Below, in pieces: positions 28,012 through 35,514 of a stretch of 64,000 nt of DNA. Location: positions 1,984,001-2,048,000 of the forward strand of contig OZ224045.1 of NCBI GenBank assembly GCA_963665325.3, written 5' to 3'. Source of the stretch: Alphaproteobacteria bacterium (GTDB taxonomy: Bacteria; Pseudomonadota; Alphaproteobacteria; Bin95). How positions within the stretch are numbered: position 1 is the first letter of the stretch; each line of letters opens with the position of its first letter. Position numbers and translations under genes: made by a program. Below the pieces are notes generated by a model. It made no database searches, was not told the DNA's origin, and saw only the letters and a program-made list of their open reading frames with translations.

Positions 28012-28841
28012 ACCGGGAACTGCTCACCTTCTACGGGCTCAAGTGGAACCCCTTCGCCACCGACCTGCCGGTCGACAGTCTCATGGCGACGCCTGCCGTC
28101 GACAGCTTCTGCCTCAGGATCGAGCGCCACCTGGTGCGCCAGGGCGGCTTCGCCTTGATCGCCGGCGAGCCCGGCGCCGGAAAGAGTGTGGCGTTGCGCC
28201 TGCTCGCCGACCGTCTCGGCCGCTGCGAGGGGCTCAGCATCGCCGCCATCACCCATCCCTCCTCCCGGCTGTCCGACTTCTACCGCGAGATCGGCGAGAT
28301 GTTCGGCGTCGACCTGATGTACAACAACCGCTGGGCCAGCTTCAAAAGCCTGCGCGAGCGCTGGCTCGCCCATGTCGACGATACCCGCATGCGCCCCGTC
28401 GTGCTCGTCGACGAGGCCCAGGAGCTGCTGCCCTCGGTGTTCTCCGAGATCCGCCTGCTGGCTTCGACCGACTTCGACTCGCGCGCCATCCTCTCGGTCG
28501 TCCTCGCCGGCGACACGCGCCTGCTCGACAAGCTCCGCCAGCCCGATCTGCAGCCCATCGCCTCGCGCATCCGCCAGCGCCTGGTCATGACCAAGGCCGA
28601 GGCCGGCGACCTCGCGGCCCTGCTCGACCATCTGATCGAGCAGGCCGGCAATCCCGGCCTCATGACCGCGGGCCTCAAGGACACCCTGGTCGCCCATGCC
28701 GACGGCAACCCGCGGGCGCTCACCGTCATGGCCGACGCCCTGCTCGCCGCCGCCGCCGAGAAGGAGCGCGAGGTCCTCGACGAGAAGCTCTTCATCGAGA
28801 CCCTGGGCGAACCCGCCAAGCCGAGGAGGGCGCGGCGGTGA
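28008..28841 (+). CDS. ExeA/TnsC-like AAA+ ATPase, copy 3
   Basis: Walker A and B motifs; ATGA coupling to the transposase. Confidence 0.9.
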   Translation: MNRELLTFYGLKWNPFATDLPVDSLMATPAVDSFCLRIERHLVRQGGFALIAGEPGAGKSVALRLLADRLGRCEGLSIAAITHPSSRLSDFYREIGEMFGVDLMYNNRWASFKSLRERWLAHVDDTRMRPVVLVDEAQELLPSVFSEIRLLASTDFDSRAILSVVLAGDTRLLDKLRQPDLQPIASRIRQRLVMTKAEAGDLAALLDHLIEQAGNPGLMTAGLKDTLVAHADGNPRALTVMADALLAAAAEKEREVLDEKLFIETLGEPAKPRRARR

Positions 28842-29836
28842 AGGGCTTCCCGACACGGGCGCCGGCGGAGCTCGAAGAGCGCCCCCAGGCGCGCCGCTGG
28901 ATGGTCGAGGCGTTGTGGTCCGAGCAGGGCGTCGGCATCGTCGGCGGCGAGCCCAAGTGCGGCAAATCCTTCCTCGCACTCGACATCGCCGTCGCGGTCG
29001 CCGCCGGCGTCCCCTGCCTGCGCCACTTCCGTCCCGCCGCAAGCGGCCCCGTGCTGCTGTTCGCCGCCGAGGACGCCGGCCATATCGTGCGCGCACGCCT
29101 CCAGGGCATCGCAAAGGCGGCAGGCACCGCGTTCGAGACCCTCGACATCGCCGTCATCGACGTGCCCACGCTGCGTCTCGACCATCGCGCCGATCGCCAG
29201 CGCCTGGTCGAGACGGTGGAGCGCGTCTCACCCCGCCTCGTCGTCCTCGACCCCCTCGTGCGCCTGCACGGCGTCGACGAAAATACCGTCGCCGAGGTCG
29301 CCCCCATGCTGGGCTTCCTGCGCGACATACAGCGCCGCTTCGAAACCGCCGTCCTCCTCGTCCATCACGCACGAAAGAGCGGCGGCTCCCGGCCCGGGCA
29401 GGCGCTGCGCGGCAGCAGCGAACTTCACGCCTGGGGCGATTCGAATCTGTACCTGCGCCGGCGAGACCGCCAGATCCTCATGACCGTCGAGCATCGCGAC
29501 GCCCCTGGCCTCGAAGACCTCGAGATCGAACTCGCCGACGACGACGAGCGCCCCGCCCTGCGGTTGCGCGAGACGCCGGAAGACCAGGCGCCGGAGCCGG
29601 ATACCCCCGAACGGCGCATCCTGCAGGCCCTCGCCGACGCCGACGCGCCGCTCTCCCAGCGCCGGATCCGCGAGCGCGCGGCAACCCGGCCCGCAACCGT
29701 CGCCGAGGCGCTGCACAGGCTCGTCCGCGAAGGACGCGTCGAGCGCGCATCCGAAGGCGGATACCGCCTCGCCGCCCTCAACGGCAACGACCGCAGGGAC
29801 ACGTTACCGAAAACCGTTACCGCCTCGAACCCCTAG
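28838..29836 (+). CDS. AAA_25 RepA-like helicase with wHTH (332 aa), copy 3
   Basis: GTGA coupling with RBS GAGGAGG; RecA-fold helicase motifs. Confidence 0.85.
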   Translation: MKGFPTRAPAELEERPQARRWMVEALWSEQGVGIVGGEPKCGKSFLALDIAVAVAAGVPCLRHFRPAASGPVLLFAAEDAGHIVRARLQGIAKAAGTAFETLDIAVIDVPTLRLDHRADRQRLVETVERVSPRLVVLDPLVRLHGVDENTVAEVAPMLGFLRDIQRRFETAVLLVHHARKSGGSRPGQALRGSSELHAWGDSNLYLRRRDRQILMTVEHRDAPGLEDLEIELADDDERPALRLRETPEDQAPEPDTPERRILQALADADAPLSQRRIRERAATRPATVAEALHRLVREGRVERASEGGYRLAALNGNDRRDTLPKTVTASNP

Positions 29837-30037
29837 GGAGAGAGGGTAACGGTAACGGGTAACACCGCTCCCATTGTCACACTGCGTAAAGCGGCCGGCC
29901 CGTGGCCGGAAGCTTGCTTACGGCCATGGATGCACTCCGTCGGAGGGACGGCGGCGGGTCACCCGAAGGGCCGGAGCGCAGCGCAGGAGCCGCGAAGCGG
30001 CTTGACGCGCCGACGGCCGTCCGACACCCCCGCCGTC
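29802..30037. promoter_or_regulatory. Iteron-like repeats and hairpin cluster near one transposon end (putative origin); also present in copies 2 and 4
   Basis: CGTTACCG at 29802 and 29815; palindrome CCCTAGGG at 29831; GGTAAC at 29845, 29851 and 29858; hairpins at 29903-29926, 29962-29970 and 29988-30002. Function is inferred. Confidence 0.55.
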
Positions 30038-30210
30038 ACGCCCGGCCCGACGCCTGAAAACCATCGAACAACGTGACCATCCCGCCATCAGATACCGAGA
30101 GCACACTCAGGGCCGGCAGATCCCGACTGGTGCGGTCTTGCGGAGAGGGAGCGGGCCCGGCGCCGGAGTTATCTGAGGGACGGGGGCGTCGTCCAGGATG
30201 GGGAAGGTCG

Positions 30211-31095
30211 ATGAAACGGTTCGGGAAACAGATGGCGGCCTGGCTCGTGACGCTTGCAGCGGGCGCCGCGACGATCGGATGGACAATGGACATCAAGACG
30301 GCATCGGGCCGGGAGGCGGGCGGAGCCCTTGTGGCCGGTCTTCGCACGAACGGAGCGGAGGTGAAGCCGCTCGGTCGCAGGGGAGCGCTCGAAGGGTGGC
30401 TGGTCACGCCTCGCGGCAAGCCGCCTTACACGCTTTATGTGGACGAGAGCGGCCATGGGGTGATGGGGCTGCTGTTCGGGCCCGACGGCCGGGAGCTGAC
30501 GGGCAGGCAGGTGGCGTCCATCAGGGAAGATGTGGAGCGCCTGCCCGGCAATGTCCGGGAGCCGCCCGGGGCTTCCGCATCGGAGGTTGAGCCGCTGACG
30601 GAGGTTTCGCGGGTTGCGCCGGGGCCGGCTCGCGGAGGGTTGGCGCCGGCGCCGGCGGCGGGAGTTCTGGAGGCGGCCCTGGCGGCGGAAGGGTTCGACC
30701 TCGGCGAGGCCGGGCCGCAGGTCGCGATCTTCGCCGACCCGACCTGCCTTCCTTCCCGTGCGGCGGTTGCGGAGCTTGCGCGCCGTGCGCTCGACGGCGG
30801 GATCGTGTTGCGCGTGGTGCCTGTAGGGGCGCGCGGCGCGGAGGCCGAGGTCATGGCCGCGCTGGTGCTGGGTGCGGAGGACCGGGCGCGGACCTGGTTC
30901 ACGCTCGACCGCGAGGACGAATGGCCGGCGTTGAGTTCGGATGCCGCGGCCGGGGTGGCGCTGAACCGGCGGTTGTTCGGGCGCACGGGGTCGGAGTTCG
31001 TTCCGTATGCGTTGATGCGGGAGCCGTCCGGAGAGGTCGTTTCCGCCGTCGGTCTGGAGTTCCGGCAATGGTTCGGCGAGGGGACGGCGAGGTGA
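30211..31095 (+). CDS. DsbG/TrbB-like thioredoxin-fold periplasmic protein with CxxS site
   Basis: N-terminal hydrophobic segment; DsbG-like N-domain (GLLFGPDGRELT); IFADPTCLPS; VVPVG; FVP cis-Pro-like loop. Confidence 0.7.
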   Translation: MKRFGKQMAAWLVTLAAGAATIGWTMDIKTASGREAGGALVAGLRTNGAEVKPLGRRGALEGWLVTPRGKPPYTLYVDESGHGVMGLLFGPDGRELTGRQVASIREDVERLPGNVREPPGASASEVEPLTEVSRVAPGPARGGLAPAPAAGVLEAALAAEGFDLGEAGPQVAIFADPTCLPSRAAVAELARRALDGGIVLRVVPVGARGAEAEVMAALVLGAEDRARTWFTLDREDEWPALSSDAAAGVALNRRLFGRTGSEFVPYALMREPSGEVVSAVGLEFRQWFGEGTAR

Positions 31096-31433
31096 TGGCG
31101 GCAGTGAGAGCGGCCTTGGCCGCGGTTGCCTGGTTGGGCCTCGTCTCGCCCTCCCCGGCGGCGACCTATAACGGCATGACGCAGGACCTGCTGCCGCGCT
31201 CGGGGCCGTCGCCGTTCCGGGTTCTCGGGTTGATATGTGTTGTGCTGGCGCTGGGGTTGTCCTTGCTGCTGCTGGCGAGGCTGAAATGGCGTCTGGACGC
31301 CGGAAGTCCTGTCGGGGTCGTCGGTGTTGCGGTGAGCGTGGCGGCGGTCGGGACCTTGTGGGTGCTGGTGTGGTTGCTGACGGGAGTGCCAGCCTTCGGG
31401 CCGTTGCCCGCGCCTGTGTGGCCGGCGGACTGA
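31095..31433 (+). CDS. Hypothetical membrane protein
   Basis: TGATG coupling; signal peptide plus two TM segments. Confidence 0.55.
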   Translation: MAAVRAALAAVAWLGLVSPSPAATYNGMTQDLLPRSGPSPFRVLGLICVVLALGLSLLLLARLKWRLDAGSPVGVVGVAVSVAAVGTLWVLVWLLTGVPAFGPLPAPVWPAD

Positions 31434-31436
31434 GCG

Positions 31437-31805
31437 ATGCGGGTTTGGCTGAAACGGGCGGCGGATGCGGGTTCGGGGGCCTCGGTGGCGGCGGCCGTGC
31501 TTGCGGTTTTTTGCCTTGGGGGCGCGGCGCCGGGACTGGCCGACCGGTACGGGAGCAAGGCGCAGGATCTGCTGCTGCGGTGGGCGCCGGGAGAGGACGC
31601 CTCCGGGTGGGTCCTGCATGCGGCTTTTGTGCTGGCGCTGGCGTTCTGGGCTGTCCTCGCCGTGCGGGCATGGTGGTACGGCAGCACGGTCGGATTTGTC
31701 GTCTACGCGGTGTGGTTCATCGTCTTTGCCGCAGGCTGGGTATTCGGTCTGGAGTTCCTGGAGGCGTGGGTCCTGTGGGATCCGGCGCCCTGGTGGGCGC
31801 GATGA
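31437..31805 (+). CDS. Hypothetical membrane protein
   Basis: Three hydrophobic segments; stop overlaps the dotI ATG. Confidence 0.55.
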   Translation: MRVWLKRAADAGSGASVAAAVLAVFCLGGAAPGLADRYGSKAQDLLLRWAPGEDASGWVLHAAFVLALAFWAVLAVRAWWYGSTVGFVVYAVWFIVFAAGWVFGLEFLEAWVLWDPAPWWAR

Positions 31806-32446
31806 GCGATCTGCGCCAGGCGGTCGCAGCGGCGGCGCGGAGCCTCTCTTTCGAGCGTTCGGCGCATCACGGCTGGCGGCGGATCGCGTTCGTGCTGCTT
31901 GTGATGAACGTGCTGCTGACCGTGGCGCTCTGGAGCTATATCGACCTTCACGACACGGTCTATGTGACGATCGCGGCGACGCCGGACGGCAAGATCATCG
32001 AGGCGCAGGGGCTGGAAGAGCCGGTGCGCACGGATGCCTCGCTGAAGAACTGGGCGGTGACGGCGGTCACGGAGGCGTTCACCTTCGGACATCACGACTG
32101 GCGGCCCAGGCTCTCGGCGGTGCGGGTCTATTTCACGGACGAGGGCTTCGACTCCTTCGTGGCGGGGCTCGAGGAGAGCCTCTATCTCGACCGGATCAGG
32201 GACAACTACCAGGTCGCGAGCGCGGTGGCGCAGGGCGCGCCGGTAATCACGGATGCGCGGATATTCGCGGACGGGCGCGCCGGCTGGCAGCTCGAGTTCC
32301 CGATGCTGATCACGTTCCACGCAGGCCGGAAGACCTCGTCCACGAAGATGGTGACGAAGGTGCTCGTGATGCGGGTGCCGTTCGACGAGCGGGCGTCCGG
32401 CATCGGCATCGAGCAGATTTTCGTGACGAAGGCGGTGCGGACATGA
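31802..32446 (+). CDS. dotI: DotI/IcmL/TraM (VirB8-like)
   Basis: Single TM, ATPDGKII, NWAVTAV...FTFGHHDWR, YFTDEGF and WQLEFPM motifs. Confidence 0.88.
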   Translation: MSDLRQAVAAAARSLSFERSAHHGWRRIAFVLLVMNVLLTVALWSYIDLHDTVYVTIAATPDGKIIEAQGLEEPVRTDASLKNWAVTAVTEAFTFGHHDWRPRLSAVRVYFTDEGFDSFVAGLEESLYLDRIRDNYQVASAVAQGAPVITDARIFADGRAGWQLEFPMLITFHAGRKTSSTKMVTKVLVMRVPFDERASGIGIEQIFVTKAVRT

Positions 32447-33402
32447 GGTTCGGATGGGTGGCGGCCGGGGTTGTGGCCGGGGTTGTGGCCGGGGTTGCGG
32501 CCGGGCTCGCAGGCATGACGGGCATGGCCGATGCGCAGGCGCCGCGAGGCGAGGATATCTGGCCCGACAAGGCGGTTCCGGAGGAGGAAGCGGCGACGGC
32601 CGGGCGCCGGGTGATGCCGTTGACGCAAGAGCATATCCGCCTGCTGGGCGAGCTGGTCCGCCAGCAGCAGCGCGCGACGCTGGAGGGGGCCGGGTTCCGG
32701 CCTTCGGGACGGATCAGGCGGGTTGCGGTCGACCCCGGGGCCGGGGCTGCGGTGCCGGCGGTCGAGGTGCGGCACGGGTTCACGACCGTGCTGTCCTGGT
32801 CGGACACGACGGGTTCGCCCTGGCCGGTCGAGGAGGTGCTGGTGGACTCGCAGTTCCTGCCGGGCGAAGGCGGGGACGAAGGCGGGGCCGGGCATCTGGT
32901 CTATCTCGCCCCGAAACGCCGTTTTCTGGCCGGCAATCTGGTGGTGAAGCTGCGGGGCCTGGCGGAGCCTCTGGTGGTGCTGCTTCAGGACAGCGGCGGA
33001 CCCGAGAGCGATTTCCGGGTGGAGATGCGCCTGGCGCGGCCGGGTCCGGGCGTGGATGCGGCGGCGCTGATGCGCCCGGCGAGCTTTCATGCGGGCGACG
33101 AAGAGCTTGCGGGGCTGCTTGCGGGCGCGATCCCGGAGGGCGCGGTCCGGGTCGAGCTCAGCGGCGGGGACGCGGGCGACCGGGCCTGGCGCCAGGGCGA
33201 GGACCTGCTGCTGCTCAGCCGCCATGTGGTGCTGTCGCCGGGGCCCTGGGCGGCGGAGCGCGGCTCGGGCGGACGCTGGGCCTACAGGCTGCCGGCGGCG
33301 CCGGAGCTCTGGGTCTCGCTCGACGGGCGCGAGCGGCGGGTATCCGTGCGCGAGGGAGGTCCCTCGATCTGGGCGGGCGCTTCGGAAGGCGGCGGGCGAT
33401 GA
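32443..33402 (+). CDS. dotH: DotH/IcmK/TraN outer-membrane core protein
   Basis: MPLT, GFTTVLSWSDTTGSPWPV and GNLVVKLRGL motifs; follows dotI. Confidence 0.85.
   Translation: MRFGWVAAGVVAGVVAGVAAGLAGMTGMADAQAPRGEDIWPDKAVPEEEAATAGRRVMPLTQEHIRLLGELVRQQQRATLEGAGFRPSGRIRRVAVDPGAGAAVPAVEVRHGFTTVLSWSDTTGSPWPVEEVLVDSQFLPGEGGDEGGAGHLVYLAPKRRFLAGNLVVKLRGLAEPLVVLLQDSGGPESDFRVEMRLARPGPGVDAAALMRPASFHAGDEELAGLLAGAIPEGAVRVELSGGDAGDRAWRQGEDLLLLSRHVVLSPGPWAAERGSGGRWAYRLPAAPELWVSLDGRERRVSVREGGPSIWAGASEGGGR
32461..32505 (+). repeat. 12-bp tandem repeat G(C/T)GGCCGGGGTT, about 3.75 units, in the dotH signal peptide
   Basis: Read directly from the sequence; encodes AAGVVAGVVAGVAAG. Confidence 0.85.
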
Positions 33403-34574
33403 TGGCAAGCCTGTTCCTGGCGGTTGTGCTGTTCCTGGGCGCGGCGCCGGCGACCCTGGCGCTGGACGGGGTCGTTCCGGACGTGAAGTTGAACACGGCC
33501 GACGGGCCCGGCGACAAGGTCTACGAACAGGGCCTGGAGAAGAGGAACCGGCAGGGGCAGGAGGAAGCGGGAGAAGAAGGCCGGTCCCACGTCGATGTCG
33601 TGTCGGAGGCGGTCGGCGAGGGGCCGCATGAGGCGGTGAAGCCTCCGGAGGTGATCTCCCGGCCGAGGAAGGAAGAGGCGAAACCGGAAGACGGAGAGGC
33701 CGGGACGATTCCGGTGGAGCGTGTGCAGCCGCGCCGGGAGTGGGAGCCGGAGCCGGACGGAGACTACGCCCGGCCTGCGGGTGAGGACGAGGGCAATCTC
33801 GATGCGGTCGTGGCGGCGCTGGTCGATGCGATCAACAGGCCTCCGGACATTCGCAGGATCGCCTGGGGGGTACGGGAAGCGGAGCGCCCGGACGGTGGCG
33901 GGGCGCGCGCGCCGCAGCGCACGGCGCCACTGCCTCGCGTGGGCGCCGGCGAGGCTTTCTATGCGCGCGTGATGCATGCGGTGAACTCGGACTATCCGGG
34001 GCCGGTGCTGATCGAGCTGCTGCAGCCGCCGCTGGCCGGAGCGGTCGCGCGCGGCGAGTTCCAGCTGGTGCGCGAACGCATGGTGATCCGGCTCAAGTCG
34101 CTGGATGTGGCCGGTGAGACGGTTCCGGTCGATGCGGTGGCGGTCGGCCTCGACTGCGCGTGTTTCGGCGTGGCGGGGGACGTCTCCTACCACTGGTGGG
34201 AGCGTGTGCTGCTGCCGGCGGCTACCGGTTTTGTCGAGCAGTATCTGATCGCGCGGGCCGAGCCGGAGCGCCGGGTGGTCACCGTGGGCGGGGAAACCGT
34301 CGTCACGGAGGAGAGCGGGCGCAGCGCCAGGCAGGCGCGGGATGCCGGCCTGGCGGCGGCGGCCGGCAGGGTCGGCCAGGTTCTGCTGCAGCAGGCGCCG
34401 TCCAGGCAGACGGTCGAGATCCCCCGCAATGCGGAAGTGGCGGTGATGTTCGCCGAGCGGCTGGCGCGGCCGTCGGCCGCTCCCCGGGCGGAGGCTCCGG
34501 CGCCAGCTCCGGCGCCTCCGCGCGTCGAGCGGGTGCGCAGGCAGGCTGCCGGCAATGGGGAGGACGGGCAATGA
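33399..34574 (+). CDS. dotG: DotG/IcmE/TraO (short VirB10-like form)
   Basis: AGEAFYARVMHAVNSDYPGPV and AGDVSYHWWER motifs of the IcmE/TraO C-domain. Confidence 0.8.
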   Translation: MMASLFLAVVLFLGAAPATLALDGVVPDVKLNTADGPGDKVYEQGLEKRNRQGQEEAGEEGRSHVDVVSEAVGEGPHEAVKPPEVISRPRKEEAKPEDGEAGTIPVERVQPRREWEPEPDGDYARPAGEDEGNLDAVVAALVDAINRPPDIRRIAWGVREAERPDGGGARAPQRTAPLPRVGAGEAFYARVMHAVNSDYPGPVLIELLQPPLAGAVARGEFQLVRERMVIRLKSLDVAGETVPVDAVAVGLDCACFGVAGDVSYHWWERVLLPAATGFVEQYLIARAEPERRVVTVGGETVVTEESGRSARQARDAGLAAAAGRVGQVLLQQAPSRQTVEIPRNAEVAVMFAERLARPSAAPRAEAPAPAPAPPRVERVRRQAAGNGEDGQ

Positions 34575-35119
34575 ACGGGCAGGGCCTCGGCGATGCGCTG
34601 ATTTCGTTCGTTTCGACGCTGCTGGTCCCTGGAATCGGGCTGGTCGAGATCGCCTGTTACGTCATCGGCGGGGTGGTGTTCCTGCAGGCGCTCTTGCGGC
34701 TCATGCGCTCGGGCGAGGAAGGTCTGCGCGGACCTTCAGGGACGGGCACGGCGCTCACCTTTCTGGTCGCGATCGTGTTCCTCACCTTCCCGCAATGGCT
34801 GGGCGTGTGGGGCGAGACGCTGTTCGGCGGCACGGAACGGGGTGCGGCGGCGACGCTGGCCTATGCGCAGGGCGAGCGCGGCGAGCGCTACCGGCTGTTG
34901 CTCTGGGCGGTGTTCAAGATCGTCCAGTTCGTTGGCCTGTTCGCGTTCCTGAGGGGTGTGTTCGTGCTGCGCGATTCGGCGGACGGGCGCAACGGCGCGA
35001 CGGCCGGGAAGGCCTTTGCGCACATCGTGGGCGGCGTGTGCGCCTGGCACATCGTGTGGGTGATCGACCGGGTCCAGAACACGCTCGGGATCGCGCCGCT
35101 CAGCATTACGGAAGGTTGA
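34571..35119 (+). CDS. icmC: IcmC/DotE/TraQ membrane protein
   Basis: VQFVGLFAFLRG and GKAFAHIVGGV...NTLG pattern. Confidence 0.75.
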   Translation: MNGQGLGDALISFVSTLLVPGIGLVEIACYVIGGVVFLQALLRLMRSGEEGLRGPSGTGTALTFLVAIVFLTFPQWLGVWGETLFGGTERGAAATLAYAQGERGERYRLLLWAVFKIVQFVGLFAFLRGVFVLRDSADGRNGATAGKAFAHIVGGVCAWHIVWVIDRVQNTLGIAPLSITEG

Positions 35120-35121
35120 AG

Positions 35122-35514
35122 ATGTCAAATCTGACAAGGAGACGGAAGATGGTTTCGAGGACGGTGACGGATCGCCTGGGCCTGCTTGCCTTGCTGGTGC
35201 TGCTTGCGGTTGCGGCGGAGCCGGTGCTGGCGAAGGATCTCGGCGACATGGCGAGGAAGAGTGCGGACGCGCTCGACAGCTTCCCGCTGGTGGTGCAGAT
35301 CCTGTTCTACGTGGTTGGCGGGTTCCTGGTGCTGATGGGCCTGTACAAGTTCAAGCGCATGCAGGACAATCCGCAGCAGCAGAGCTTCATGGGCGCGGTC
35401 GTCACCGGACTGGTCGGCGTCGCGATGATCTTCTTTCCGTCAGCGGTCGAAATGATGGGCGGGACGCTCGACCTGGCGCCCGGCGGCACGTTGACCCGGC
35501 CGCAGATGCAATAG
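35122..35514 (+). CDS. icmD: IcmD/DotP/TraR-like membrane protein
   Basis: YVVGGF...KFKRMQDNPQQ...IFFPS pattern; follows icmC. Confidence 0.7.
   Translation: MSNLTRRRKMVSRTVTDRLGLLALLVLLAVAAEPVLAKDLGDMARKSADALDSFPLVVQILFYVVGGFLVLMGLYKFKRMQDNPQQQSFMGAVVTGLVGVAMIFFPSAVEMMGGTLDLAPGGTLTRPQMQ

Larger units (their letters stand above)
25726..30109 (+). mobile_element. Copy 3 of the 4,384-bp transposon, opposite orientation; 4-bp TSD GGGC
   Basis: GGGC at 25722-25725 and 30110-30113; same length and ORFs as copies 2 and 4. Confidence 0.97.
25158..30214 (+). pseudogene. Membrane protein (paralog of 11715-12362) split by transposon copy 3 (25158-25725 plus 30114-30214)
   Basis: Removing the element and a 4-bp GGGC restores ...PWQVLPVGPADPDWCGLAERERARRRSYLR..., matching the paralog's PWRVL...DWKALAARERSRRR. 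Restored stop overlaps ATG 30211. Confidence 0.8.

Noticed and set aside
27824-29836. 670-aa ORF (and copies at 16325-18337 and 37317-39329) as a single long protein or frameshift fusion
   Set aside because: The N-terminal half is an Arg/Pro-rich alternate frame over the ExeA-like gene. GTG 28838 has its own RBS and a GTGA overlap, giving a 332-aa protein. No slippery site was seen.
29837-30109. Guide or bridge RNA matching the target sites, or a CRISPR-associated transposon
   Set aside because: No clear complementarity to the three target sites was seen by eye, and there are no cas, tnpB or tniQ genes and no repeat-spacer array in the window.
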